DNA of 64,000 bases from Paragordius varius (taxonomy: Eukaryota > Animalia > Nematomorpha), in assembly GCA_964247055.1 (NCBI GenBank), contig OZ176051.1:6944001-7008000 (forward strand), written 5' to 3'. Position 1 is the first letter of the stretch. Every line of letters starts with the position of its first letter. Below are positions 13,170-27,761 of the stretch, one piece after another. A program made the position numbers and the translations under genes. The notes beneath the pieces were generated by a model that searched no databases, was not told where the DNA came from, and saw only the letters and a list, made by a program, of their open reading frames with translations.

Positions 13170-13600
13170 TGTATTCAGCAAAACATATAATACAAAAAAC
13201 AAATTATACGCGGTTGATGTTAGGCCCACAATAACGTATTCATGTGAAATATGGTAAATGAACAAAACACAACAAAATATGCCGGACAATATGGAGCAAA
13301 AAATGATAAGCACATTCACCCGAGCAGTTTCCCATAATGATAAAAAAACAACAACCTTATAATATATCTGGATCAATTGATTTGACTTTGAACAAACACA
13401 AATTAGAAAATGATAATTGGATGAAAATATAATTTATGCCAAACAAAAAATGATGTTGGTCGAGCAGCAACAACATGGGACAATGACAATACTCAAGACA
13501 TGCAAAAGCCAGTTATAGTTTAAATAAAAAAATTAAACCATTGATCACAGAAACCCGTCACGACGGGACCGATTTCTTTGACAACAGCCGTCTTTCTATT
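13170..13600 (-). CDS. Fragment of an unidentified Cys-rich membrane protein gene (loosely PLAC8/cornifelin-like)
   Basis: Segments KEIGPVVTGFCDQC, WLLHVLSIVIVPCCCCSTNIIFCL and RVNVLIIFCSILSGIFCCVLFIY. No start codon or complete splice path was resolved. Confidence 0.3.
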
Positions 13601-14424
13601 TATCTTCCCTGACGCAAATTTATTACATACATGGAATTTTTTATTTTGTGATATGACATAATCAGAAGAAATTATATAGGGCTGGTTATATTTTCTCTAA
13701 ATTTTAGCATCTGTTTTTGTTTAAAACATTTAAATGGGTTACGAAATACAAACCGTTTACTTTTCACGAACCATCCTAAATTAAGTTGAAAACTTTTTTA
13801 TCATCGCATACATTTTTTAACACATTTGATCTTAAAACTCTTCCATGCTCTTAAAATCATTGAATAATCCGATTAAAATAAAAATCAATTTTCATGTAAA
13901 ATTATAAAAATTTATTATAAGATGTGAGAAATACAATAATAATATAATATATGAATGCAGTTTACCATAAAATGCGTAATTTTATTCAGTTGTGAAAGTG
14001 AATATTGATATTTTCTTGTAGATAGAGTAAAATATAGCCAACCCAATAAATATCACTGGAACCATTGTCAACATTGAAATCTGAAAGTTTATTAAATATA
14101 TATATCATTTTATATAACCATGTGAATTGAATTATTATAAAAACAAATCAAAAGGTTTTTTTATATAGAAAACCATATTATTCCTCGATTTTACTAAATA
14201 AACCTAACGATATGCGTTAATAAAAAAAATACTGATGCAAATTAAAAACAAACTCATTATATATTTGGATTATCTGTAAAAAATTAAGGAATTGGTTTTC
14301 TCTATAAAAACAATATCATTATATTAACTATTTATATTTAATATTTTGTCTAATTTATCGTAAAATTAACATGCAAACCATAAACATAAAATAAATTTCA
14401 ATAAAATTGACATACACACAAATT

Positions 14425-16171
14425 TTAATATTGAGGCGGTGTTATAGCGACATATATAATGACGGACACGAGCACGACAGTCATAGCTGACACAATGACG
14501 TATTTGTTATAGGAAAGTAAAGTTGTAACGAAATTGGGGACAGAACTTTTTTCAGCATTACTCAACAGAGTCATTTCAGAAGCGGTATCATGCAATGTTT
14601 GATCTTTTAACTATTTTTTCGGTGGGTTTTATATAGACAACACGTAAAAACTTAAAGCAACCAATTTTTTATAGTAATAATCTTACTTTTGTAACACCTA
14701 AATAACCGCTATATTTTCTAAATGTAAATATGAGATATATTTACATCTCTATTCTTATTTAGTAAACTAAAACGATAGGTTATATTTAAAAAATCAAAGT
14801 ATAAATATGGTTGTTAATATTAGTGTTTTAGTTGTTACGTTTTGTCTTTTTAATATCTTTTTGCTGTATGTTTTTTTGGAAAAAAAACAAGCAATACACA
14901 AATAATAAATGCCGTACACTGACAAAAATACATTTAAAACAAATACGTAAAAATTAAAAATCATATAGGATAAAATAAAAATGAATTAATTACCATAGTG
15001 TTTTCGATCGTGGCCTCTGGTACGGATGTTTCATTATCAATGATATCGGTTACCTGGTATAAAAAAATGTTAATTAATGGCACTCAAAAAATCACAAATC
15101 AAAAATTACATTTATAAAATCATTGCAATTTTTGAATAAAAATAATGGTTAAATGATTAATCTTTTTAACAAATTTGGATTCATATAAACACCTTTGGAA
15201 AAATCAAAATATTTTTTATTATTCTCCACTCTTAGGCCATATATAATTTGAATGAATTTATAAAAAAAAATTCATATACCTGTCCTTCGTCAGATAAGGT
15301 GTTGGAACTTGTATTGGCTAAAATATACATATAATTTTAAAAAATAAAATTTATTGACGAGCTATGACTAAAAAATTATATAATTATTTGGCTAAAGTAA
15401 AAAAATCTACAAAATAGCTTCAATATATAATAAAGTATGTTAAAAAAATCACATTTAGGTAAAAATTGAGAAAAGGGTAATGATCAAAATTTTTTACTGT
15501 TTAGAGTATGGCTTGAAAATTTAGATGACTCGTAACCCGATGATGTGGTTTGCTGCGATTGGAAAGATGCATTCAGGTGTTCAATTTCACGTTTTAATTT
15601 CTCATTTTCTTGCGTTACTTTTTTTAAAAGGGCTTCTTGGCTATTACATTGGTCTAGAATGAATTTAAATAGATCATATTATTCAGCCATAATTAAAAAA
15701 TGTAAATAATTATTTTTTGTTAAAAAACTTTCTATTTTGCAATATAATTGCGTAATATTTTTCAGCAATTCTTTTATTCAAAGTATTTTAAAAATGAGTA
15801 AAAATTATTTATTTCAACTACTACCTTTAAGGTCATTTATTACTGTTTCCTTGGATTTCACATGTTTTGTGCTTTCGCTTAACAAAGATTGCAAATTTTC
15901 AGTTTCTTGTATCTTATGCTTATTGACTTCCATTTCACGCAATAATTTTTCTATATATCCGAAAAAAAATAAATTTAAATTTTTTTTTAAAAAGGCATGA
16001 TGTAAAAAAAATAATTCAATATGTTAAATTACAATTACAACTACATGGAGTACTTAAATATGATGAATGAAATGAGATTGTTAAACCTTTTATGTTCAAT
16101 CAACATAAATAAGGAAATACACTGTTGTTTGTAAAACGATTTTACCTAAAAATGGGTAAATGATCTATTGG

Positions 16172-16202
<31 letters not shown>

Positions 16203-19200
16203 AACCAAATTTACTATAAATTATAATCATTTTAACTATATAATAATTATTATCATACTATATAAACGGTCATTTACATCAATGAATAAGCTTATCCGCG
16301 TATAAATAAGCGTTAATCCATTATTCTTTTTAAAATTCGCGCCCATAAAAATCCATGAATAATTTAATAAATTCCAATCTCATGAGATTAGGATTGTTTG
16401 AATTATTAAAGGATTCTACCAATACTGCCGTTTTAACCAATGGTTAACGTTTAAGCTATTTAAATCTTTAATTAAAAAAATACAATATACCCTCTAATTC
16501 TCCGATACGATCAATCATTGCTTTAAATTTATCGGCGGATAATTTATGGTCTTCTTTTTGATCCATAAGATGTCTTTGCAGCACATTTATATTGTTTTGA
16601 CAAGCAAATAACTTATCTAAATTGAATGATATCCGATTTATTGTGAAAATAATTTCTAAAAAAATAAATCCAAAAATAATCTTTTAAAAAATTGTAAATG
16701 TATACTATAAAATGTTATCAAAAATATATATAATATTTGATAAAATTTCTGTAAGTTAAAAAATTATGATTAATATATAATTTATATTATAATGATACCA
16801 TATTACAATTATAAAATACCTGAATTAGTGTCCAGTTTATTTAACAAAAGCTCCATCATTGATTGTGTCGAATTCATTCTTTTATCTAAATGAATATATA
16901 TATATATATATATATTTATAAGTCTTAAAACATTAATTAAGATTTATATTTATATATATATATATATAAACCAATATTTTTTTGAAGTTTTTGCTTAGTT
17001 TCTTGAAAATGTTTTGCAACTATACCATCACTAATTTTGGAAGCAAAACTTGCCATACCACTTTGGAATGTTATTTTGGGTGAGGTTAGTTGTGAAGAGA
17101 GAGGAGGACTTGTTTTACACTAAAACATAAATAAATTAAATTAATTTGAAAAAAACAATTAAAAAGTTAAAGTAAAAAAACAATTTTTTAAATAATTTTA
17201 AATTTTTTTATAATCTTTGTTTCGGCTTGCAAAATAAAGAATAGGGATGTAAAGTGGTAGCAAACTTAATTTATATTTCAGAATTCATGTAAGTTTTTAG
17301 AAAAAAGGATTGATCATTGAGATACTTTATAAGAATAAATTTTATGTCTGATTGATTATTATAATATCATTCAAACCCTAAAAAATGGCCGTTATTAAAC
17401 GGCCCATCATAATTTTAAATATATTAGATTGATGAGAATATTTAGCCTATTTGGAGCCAATTTATATTAATTAATCAGGTTTTGTTCTATTTAGTCCAAG
17501 TGTATATAATAACAGTTTATATTGACTAGTTTCGACCGTATATGACTGCATTTATAAGCAGTCAGTGGAGTTACTAAAATTTTTTAGGCAGCTGAAAACC
17601 AAATAATTTCAACAAAAGGCATTATAAAAAAAACTTGAGTCATTTTGAGGGGACTTTGATTGCGTGGGATGGCAACACTCTTTTCAAACCGTTCTTGGGA
17701 TTCAGCAGGCAATGGTGTAACAATCGTTTCATTATCTTCAGTTTGAAATGTGAAAAATTCATCTTTACTGCAATGGTCATCCTTGGGGGGAGATGCATTA
17801 CTTAATACATCTTCACTCTTAATATTTTCTTCTGGCATAACATTTTTTTGGTCTGGCGATTCGGAATTTATAGTATTAGCCTTTGGCAAATGAGACAAAT
17901 CTGAATTCTGTGTCCAATTGAGAAAATTGAAAAAAATAAGAGTTATGAATTATAACATATATTAACAGCAATCATAACCATCTAATTTCGGGGAAAATGT
18001 ATACTCAACTTTTAGGAGATAAATATAAAGCAATTCATGATATATTCTTATAAGTATTCATATTTAAAAAGTTTATATGAAGGGAGATATTTATTATTAA
18101 ATGGATTATTGTATTTTATCATTTAAATATTAAATTATTTAATGTTATTAGATCAATTTAAATAAACTTTTGAGATTTTGAGATAATATCGCTCAAAGTT
18201 ACGTACAATACAAGATAATAAACCTAAAAATGGGTTTTGAAATATAAATAAAATTTATAATCTATATATTTATAAAAATGGAAAATGCTGGCTTTGTGAT
18301 CTGGTACAGGAAAACCGGTAGACCCAATCAAATCCAAATATCGAAAAAATATAATCATTAATGAATGCCCCGACAATAGCTTCGCCCTTTTTTTGAAATA
18401 GGCCCCCAGTTCGGGCCCACCCCGTATGAAAAACGGGTTTTTTTTGAAAACAGAAGTCCACAAAAATCGTGTCTTTGAGACAATTTTCCGGAGAACGTGT
18501 TGGACCATTCAATTTTAAATATGATTTTTGTTTACTTATTTTCGATTGCGCCGAACATAGCCGAGCCACTTTTTTGATTTAGGCCCTCTTTTTACCCGCT
18601 CCCCCCGTGAAATGCCACCTTTTTCAAAAAAAACAAAGTCCACAAAAATATCTTTTTGATTGTATTTTTTTGCCCACGGTAGACTGTAAAAATTCGAGAA
18701 AGATTTTTCGTATTGCCTGTTAAAAGGCAAACATTTTAGTCAAGCGTTTCTTTGATGATAGATGCTGATTAAGGAGTATCTATCATATGTATAGCATGTT
18801 AAAAGATATATGGATATTAATACATTATTTATGGTAATCTATATATTTATGAAAATGGAAAATGCTGGCTTTGTGATCTGGTACAGGAAAACCGGTAGAC
18901 CCATTCAAATCCAAACTTCGAACCCCCCCCCCCCCCCCCCCCAGAAGTCCGAAGGACTTCCTCGGGCTGCGTAGCAGCACGAGATTCACGCTAGTACTTA
19001 ATAAATAATATGTTAGTTTGTTAAATTTTTAATTCTTTTAGAAAAATCACGATGCGAATAATTAGTGCGCCTTGTATATACATATATATAATTAAAGAGT
19101 TGTAAGTGTATTAGATCAAAAAAATAAAATTTGATGAATTGCTTTAATAAAAATGTTTAAAAAACTTGATTTTCATGTAATGTTTCCAACGAGGATAGAG

Positions 19201-22200
19201 AATCAGTACGTTCAGCTATACGTGATGTAAATGGTAAATCATATTCGGTGTTCGTGCTTACCTGATATACAAAAAATAGGGTATCAACAAAATAATTACA
19301 ATTAAACACCCAAAAAATTAAAAAGATATTTAGTATTTGAAAGGGTAATTATAAATAATTTTTTAAAAAATCCACGGTTAATTGGAATAAAAACAATAGA
19401 AATTGGTAGATGGTACGTAATAATTTAATTTAGGAAACACTATAGAGTGTGTGGCAAAAAAATATATGTTGTTGTAATAAACACTTTTTGCTATAATTTT
19501 ATATTATACGCAACTGCAATTTTTGTTGAAAATTGTAGCCATTTAAAAACCATTTATATCATTATATTAAGCTAAATAAAGTGTCTTTTTAGGGACAAGA
19601 AGACTAAACCGTAAGCTTGATTATCCAGACAAACAAATACGTTGATTAGGTCTTATATTTTAATGGTGGATTCCATTCCCTTTAATGACACCCCTAGAAA
19701 TGCCGAATATCTAAGAAAAATTTAGCCTTATATGTTTCAAAAAATCGTTATAGTTATGAGGGAAGTCCGCTATGGTTTGATTTCTTTAATTCCAATAAAA
19801 TAAACAAAAAAATGCGCCTATAAATTAAATAAAAGTTTGCAATGGATATAAATATTTTTTAGTCTTTAATATTCGATCAAAATAAATTTAAATTTACAGA
19901 ATTATCATTTTGAGTAGTCTCATCGCCTATGTTGTCAGCGTCAGATTGACTATTATCCGCATGTCGATTCATGATGTGACAAGTAGTTATAAGTTCTTTC
20001 TTAAGAGAAACCGGTAATTCTTTCATTAACTTTGATTTTCCTGGTGCTGATATTTGGTGTAGGTTAGTGGCAGTCTAAAAATATGATTAAATAGGCACGG
20101 CTTAAAAAATTATTCATAATTAAACAAAATAACTTATCTTGTTAAACCTTATATTTTAAAAATATTTTTTAACGATTTCATAACATTCATCATTACTAAG
20201 CACATATTGTAAATTAATCGAGAAAAAACAGTGCATTTGTGAATTTAGTACATTACAATAAACGAAAATAATGGATAAAAAGTACATTTGAGTCAATAAC
20301 AATAAATATCTATAACATTACAAGCTATCTTTAAAACCTTTATAAGAAACAACTAAAAAATTTGGCTTCTTTAAATTCGATGTCATATTTAAAGTAAAAA
20401 CTTGTTGAGCAGTTAACTGTTGAGGTGATTCTCCAATCGAATGATCTATCACGTTATTTAGTGCGGCATTTTGATCAACGGCTTCCTCGTGGCCACCATT
20501 ATTGTAATTATGGTTTAATTCATTGACAACTTCATTATATTTTTGTTCAAGCTCCTAAAATAATTTTAAAATAAAAATGATTAAAATCCCTAATAATTGT
20601 TAAAAACAATTTAGTAGAAATCTGATATTTGAAAATTATTAAGGGGTAAAATTAAAGCATATTTTACCAAAATTATAGAAGATGTTTATTTTTTAATGTA
20701 TTTTAAAACAGTAATCATATAGATTGGAAAGAAAAAATAATTAATGGTTGATTTAACAGTCTATAATTTGTTTAACATCGCAAAAATTATAAAAAATATT
20801 AATCTATGTCGCTAACTTTATAATGGGACTGTAAAGCATCTAATTCCTCTTGTAGATATTGCTTTGTTTCATACAAAGTTTCAAGTTGGGCCTGACTCTC
20901 AATCAAAGATTTATTTAAGTGGTCATTTTGCAATTCGCGTTCAGATAATTGATACTACACAAAAAAACATATATTAATTAAGGCTTTTTTAATCAAAAAA
21001 TAGATACAATACACTTTATTAGATCATGTGGAAATAAGTATTAAGATATACGATCGATACCTTTAAATTATCGAACTGATATTGTATCATAGATTTTTCA
21101 TCATAGAGTTTTCCCAATTTATTCTAAATCACACAAAATAATATATCATTAATAAGCTATAAAATAGATAAATTTTTTATATCAAATTTAACTGCAAAAC
21201 CGCTACTTTAAAATACAAAGCTGCCACCACCACCATAAATCAACAAATCATTTAAATTACGGCTTAAACATTATTTATATATGTAAACTCGGGTATAAAA
21301 ACTCATTTCTATTCTTCAATCATCGGCCTTTTATCCCTTAGCGCAGAATGGCGCCAAATGCCATTTTTAAATTAAACCTCCGAATCCAAAACAATTTTCA
21401 AAATTCAATCTGAATCCGGAGAAAAGATATGAGAACATATTCAACATGAATAATTATATTTATGAATAGAATAATTCACACCAAACCCTTTGACTCGTAG
21501 GAATAAGTAAATGACCAATTTGAATGATTAATTTGGAAAATAAAAACATATTTTAATTTATTTTATATACCTCCAAATGCCATAACGCTTAAAATTGATA
21601 TTATTACATAATGCTTAAATAAATAAATAAAAATGTTTTAGTTGCGTTGCGACCTTTTCCGCTATTCAATGTAAAATAAACTATATTTTAATCAAACAAT
21701 CACACATCAATTAATTCCATTACATTTAATTTGATATTAATATATCAACAATCGTAGATTATATTACTTTTTTTGTAACAATCAATCTCACTCTATATTT
21801 AAGTTACAAATTTAAATTTTTTGCGTTTTCAAAATGCCTCATAAAGTCAAGGTAAGAGCTGCAGATGCCCCTGAAGACGTACAAAAAGTAGCTGTAGAAA
21901 TAGCACAAACAGTCATGGACAAGAATACTGAGGAAAAGGATATAGCTAAAGCCATAAAAGAACAAATGGATAAGTATATCTTTTATTTTTTTAAAAAAAG
22001 GTTCTTTATAATAAAATTAGTGCAATTAAGTTGTGTAAAAAGAGAGGTCAGTACATAACCCAAATATTAGAAAACATTTTTGTTGATTAGTGAATCAGGA
22101 TGTTATCTAAATTGAAATAATTGTTTTTTAATATTAATGTAAATTAAAACTAAATAATCGAACAGGGTAAATATTCATGTTTAAATTAAAAAGCAGTAAA

Positions 22201-25200
22201 TTAAATTATCGATTTGGTAAGTATCATATGTAAAGTGATGATGATCTTTTATATAATTTTATAGTTTAATTATGACGTATGATGGTTCACATTCGTTTTG
22301 TGATGAAATTCTGATTTGATACAATCCATTAGACGTAGATCAATCTTTTTTGGCCAAAATAAGCTCGAGGATGGCTGAGTTTATTAGTCGAATAATGGTC
22401 GGCCTAGCATTAATTCTTTTATAATTTATCTGTTGGTTCTAATGAGATTGTGAACATCTGTGATATTTAATTTAGTAGACGCAGACCTACTATAATGATT
22501 TGCCCCATAAACTGTTTTTTAAAGCCATGCCTTCTGCAGCATATGTCATAAAATCATTTTAAACCTCAGTGTTGAGCGATATGTATTTTAGCTGATGATA
22601 TTTTCTCTGAGTACGATTTGGCATCATTGCTGTGTTATTGTTTATGGAATTAGGAATTCTTTTGTCACCAAGATAAAAAACTCGTTTGCTAATTCAAAGC
22701 TTGAGTTAATTTTATTTATAAGTGGAATTTGATGATGTAAGCGTGTATCGCGGTTTAAAATTTAAATGTTAACAGAGGTTGCTGGTAGTGTTTGCACCTT
22801 TTTAGAAATACACCATTTTTTACATGGGGAACAGAAAGTTAAATGAATAATATTCAATATTTCCCACAAACTCCAAATGATTACTTGATTTAACTATAAG
22901 GCTTACATCTTATATTAATAATAATAAACTTTTGCTTTCTCTTTTTGAAACCAATTTTGTTAATACCGCTAAAATCTTAAAGCATTTGTGAGAATCAACT
23001 TGGGTGATTACAAATCTCTACCAAAATAAAGGTAAAATACACTAGAGTTTACCTTAAATCCCTTACGATCTTTACGATATTATGCGCCATCGCGCGTTCA
23101 TCCAGTCAAAATCTAACACAAAATATTATAGGGTAATGGTATCGGGCTATCCGCAGCTCGATATCAGACCTAGAAAAAATATCCATTCAATAGCTACAAA
23201 CCTAATTCGGTTTCGAAATATATAACGAGTTAACCCCATATTGATCTTTTTACATATGAAAAATTCTAATAATATAACTAAATCAATATTATCTAATATT
23301 ATCATTGGGTAAAATATATTTACAGTCATGTATTCTTTATTTATTCAAAATTTATTTTTTTTTTCGTTAAATGGGTATAAATATTTGGTAAAATGGGAAA
23401 AAACAAGAGCTTCATGGTATTAACAATATCATATTCATCAAAAAGTATAAGATTTACCATAGAGCTCTTGTTTTTTGCATTCTTTACCAAATATTTATAC
23501 CCATTTAACGAAATAAATTTTTGATAAAATAAAGGATACATGACTGTATATTTTGTAGAAAATACAATCCTACATGGCACTGCATAGTGGGGAAGAGTTT
23601 TGGAAGCTTTGTAACACATGATGCCGGAAATTTTATCTATTTTAGCATTGACAATGAAGCCATACTCTTATTTAAATCAATTTAATCTTAAAATCAAATA
23701 ACATACATAATGTTATAAATAAATGATAATGGTTTAGTAAATTTTAACATTTGTTTTCAGTTCACCAATAGAAGTACGTATAGGATATTATATAAATATA
23801 AAATAAAGTTACTTTAAAAACAGATTTTTCCATGTGTTTTGATTCGGAAAGTTCTTTCATTTGTTTCCTCAATTCACCATCTTGCATTGGCTTTATACAT
23901 TAATAAAATAAATAATAAGTAAAATAAAATATCCAATTAACAAAATCACGTACCTTTTTGTAAAGTTGCAATTCGGTTTCCAACATTAAAATTTTGGATA
24001 ACAAGGAATCTTCATCTATCATCGCCTTTTAGAAAAATAAAATAAATGTAACATCTGAAAAAGTATTTGATTAAACAGGCTATATAAATTTTTTTAAAAA
24101 AATTTTTTGGTGACATAAAAAAATAGAGAAATAACGGCAAATAAATCTAGTCATATATTATTAAAATGAGGCGATAGGATTTATTCCAAATTATATAATT
24201 TACTAACAAAATTATTTAATTTAACAAAAAAATTTTCAATTTTTATCTCTCTTTAATTTTGATAATAAATTGTCAAAAAATCAAAATAAGCAATCGAAAT
24301 TATAAAAATTTAATAACATAAAAATAATTTTATTTTTAAAACCAGTTTCTAGTAATTAATTAAAATTTGAAAGCTAGCAATCAAACTAAACAAAATTTAT
24401 TAATTTTATGGTAGACACACAAACTATATTCTTAGAACCTATCCACAAAACCATTCCTTTAATAATATGAAAGCTATATCATCCTTTATTACATATTTTT
24501 TAGCAAATGAATGAAAAAAATAAGCAAACTTTCCAAGAATTATCGGCATAGGCCTCAATCTCATCTAGGACAATATCCAATTCCATTTGTTTTTTGGCTA
24601 AAATCATTTCTTTGTTCTTAACATCAGCCATGAGAAGTGATATTTTATGATTATCGCGATTATTCATTGATATCATATTGGGTTCTGCCAATTTGCCATT
24701 CGGATGGTATAATATAACTTGGCAAGTTATACAGGAATGTACGACTAAAAATATTGTATTTAGTATCAATGTACAAATATATTTGATTAAAAATACTAAC
24801 ATATAAATCTATCTTTCTATTTCGTATGAAATGGAATTATTTTTTGCATTATATATACATAATCTAAAATATAATCAAGCCTGTTTAAAATCAAAACTAA
24901 CTGCGAAACTTTAGCATTTACTTAATATTGATGTAAACGCTAAAAAAGTTTAGTAATCAACACATTTTGAATTTTATATTTTGCAAAGGCAAAAATAGAC
25001 TTTTGGTGCATTATCTGATTAACCATTTACATATAGTTAGTTATAAAAATTTTAGAAATAAGCCATATAGTTTTTTATGATTAATTAAATATTGCTAAAA
25101 TAATTATGTTGTTAAGTGTTTTACAAATTTAAACCGGCATCCCAAATTAATTTTCGAATTTCCGCAATTGATATTGCATTATTGAAGAATTATTTATGTT

Positions 25201-25580
25201 TTATTGATTTTAAATATACCTTGATTATCTACAACATCTACCCCAAATTGAATTTGGTCGTTAGAAAATATTTCATAAGGCAAACTTTCCTCATTCCCTT
25301 CACTCAACCTTTGTTTATTGGCAAACGTTCCATTACTACTTTTTGTGTCTTTGAGAAAAAACTAAAATATAAATTTTTAAATTACTTTTTCATTTTCATA
25401 CCATATGATAGCGTGATTACGGGATAATACTTTGCAATCAAATATTCCATTATTTTTTTGGGCCTTTATTTTACCAACAGCTCTTCCAATCTTACAAGGT
25501 TCATTAAGTATAATTTCTCTGCATCCTGAATAAGCCGGAGATATTGATTTTAAAATCAATTTAGGCCAAGCTGTTTCCAT
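14425..25580 (-). CDS. SLMAP: Sarcolemmal membrane-associated protein (FHA domain, coiled coil, C-terminal TM anchor), about 16 exons
   Basis: FHA domain CKIGRAV...[11 protein letters not shown]...[12 protein letters not shown]...IQFGVDVV, then VHSCIT and ADNSWK|[12 protein letters not shown], then in-phase coiled-coil exons. The last exon (14610-14425) ends [25 protein letters not shown], a tail anchor. Confidence 0.85.
18261..18730 (+). mobile_element. Second Helitron-like 5' end with GC-richer internal sequence
   Basis: 18261-18345 is a near-identical direct repeat of 18838-18920 (TCTATATATTTAT...GCTGGCTTTGTGATCTGGTACAGGAAAACCGGTAGACCC). Confidence 0.6.
18838..18994 (+). mobile_element. 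Short non-autonomous Helitron-like element
   Basis: A|TCTATATA at the 5' end, hairpin CGGGCTGC-GTA-GCAGCACG then CTAG|T at the 3' end, and no TSD. Contains a poly-C tract. Confidence 0.75.
21834..23685 (+). CDS. DYNLL: Dynein light chain LC8-type, two exons (21834-21973 and 23559-23685), nested antisense in an SLMAP intron
   Basis: [13 protein letters not shown]|[21 protein letters not shown]...FIYF...ILLFKS* is the LC8 signature, and the splice is in phase. Confidence 0.93.
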
Positions 25581-26671
25581 GTGAAACCTAATGCATGGCT
25601 TAATGTATGTATCGTCTAACAACTTGGCAAAGTTGTAGTTACCTAAACTATTATTTTATGGTTATAAGGCTTTTTAATAGGTGTCATCTCATGATGTTGG
25701 TAGTTGAGCTGTCTAGTAAGAGACTTATAGATATTGAACCGTTACCATTAGTATTTTTTTGAGCCAAAAAACGGTGTCAAATATTTCTCCCAATTCAACT
25801 ACGGCGCTGAACAATTATATAATTTTTTTTATGTATGAATTAAACAAAATAGTTTTTTAGTTTATATATTAAAGTTGAGTCTTCATAATTGATTTTATGG
25901 CAACTTAATTGTGATGCTCAGAAACTCAATTGCGCAAAAATATTTCCACTATAATGGTTTTTTGTTTTTCAAAAAAGGCGGGTTACATGATAGTCAAAAA
26001 TAAAACCATGGCAAATTTGCTCTGGTATTTTTATGGTATATTCTTCTATTGTGACCGATGCTTCTGGTGTTTTGACGGTTTTATTTCAGATGGCTCACTG
26101 AATAAAAAGTCAATAAATTTACAAAATTTTATTGTGTACTTTTTAAATATATATTCCTAAGATAAAAAAGTTTTTCTCACAAATTATAAAATAGGGGATA
26201 ATCATGCGATTAATAGTTAATTACTTGAAACTGCTATATAACATATCCTCTTTTGCATTATAAAAATGATGTTTTGGCCAATTAGTATCTTTTAGAAACT
26301 TTTGTATTTATTTTTACCTAAATTAATGCTCATAGAAGGAACAAGCTTCTATGGTTAATAACTTTTTTAGCGCGATCCTTCGTAAAAACATTCAAATCCT
26401 TATTTTAAGTTAAAATAATTTTCACATTTAACACCAGTTTCACTGTTAAAGATGACAAATTTTTTTAACAAACAATGTAAATTCCTCATTTTAAAAATTA
26501 AAAGTGTTTTCTTAATTTTGAAACCAGTTGCACTAATAAATATGTGAACAATAATAATTGCTTAATTGATTAGATTTGAATTAAGTTTCTAAGTCAACAG
26601 TATAACATATAAGTTATTGCAAAATTAGCAAAAAACAAAGCGTATCTAACATAATTTAATTTGAATATATA

Positions 26672-27217
26672 CCATTTGCACTCTAAGAGTGTCCTTAAAC
26701 ACTTCAAGTTGGTCCTTGAACACTTCAAGTCGGTTTGACTTTTTTGTTTTGTTTACTTTAATCAATCAAATCGTATATCATCTATTTAATTAATTTTAAT
26801 TTATTTCCTATTATTTAACATTAATTTTAAATCAATATCAACTTTTAATCACTCACCGTATATATTTAATAATTTATTAAAATTATTTTATATTTATAAG
26901 ATTTTAACAAGAAATGAAAAAATATATAAGTTTTCTGGGTTATTAATTACAATTTTTCTAATAAAAACATCTAAAGATTAATAATTTTGTTGAATTGAAA
27001 AAAAAGGTTTGAATCAAAAAATTAATTTTTCAATAAAAACTTTACTTTTAAGTGAATAAATATATAATAAATAAAGAAAATTAGGTTAATAAATAATAAA
27101 ATAAAAAAATATATGCAAAAATTATGGTTAAATTAAATCTTAAAAATTTTAAGGACCAACTTGAAGTGTTCAAAGACCAACTTCAAATGTTCAAGGACCA
27201 ACTTGAAGTGCAAATAG
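26672..27217. mobile_element. Older, shorter copy of the same foldback-like family
   Basis: Left CCATTTGCACTCTAAGAGTGTCCTTAAACACTTCAAGTTGGTCC and right AAGGACCAACTTGAAGTGCAAATAG, flanked by TA. Confidence 0.85.
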
Positions 27218-27761
27218 TATATTTTAACTTACAGCAAATTATACTAATCCTGAGACAAAAAAGCATCCCAAAATGTTTATATAATGTGAAGAGTGTTAAT
27301 ATCGTTTGATTAAATTATATTTATACATAATATAACACTTAATGAATTATATTACAAAATAATCTAAATAAAAACATTGGATTATTTAAAAATTCGCTAA
27401 AAATAATGCATAATAAATGAATAAAAATTAATTTATGCATAGAGAAAAAAAGGGGTTCATTTATGTTTTGTCTGTGTCACATAAGATACCTATTCCGAAT
27501 TCGCAAGCATAAACATCTTTTTAGAGCACAACTATCTTTAAAAAAATGTCGAAATATTTTGCTTTAATCTTCATAATTCTCATATTGGTGTCACATGTTA
27601 CATTGATCGCAAGCGGGTCACAAAAAAATGAAAATCATGTAGCCAACGATTCACAGGATTTCAATTTTAAAACTCTTCAAATATTAACCATCAAATAATC
27701 TGGTGAAGCAAATGAATTATCCAAACACCACCAATAATAAATAACACAAATTAATCATTCA

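Noticed and set aside
18224-18730. Overlapping ORFs of 64-99 aa
   Set aside because: They lie within Helitron-like repeat DNA and show no protein motifs.
21335-21390. tRNA-like A box (TAGCGCAGAATGG) and partial B box (CTCCGAATCC)
   Set aside because: No acceptor stem, anticodon arm or proper GTTCRA is present. At most this is a SINE or tRNA relic.
22280-22860. Possible decayed LINE reverse transcriptase relic in the DYNLL intron
   Set aside because: Only a vague resemblance with many stops and no diagnostic motif.
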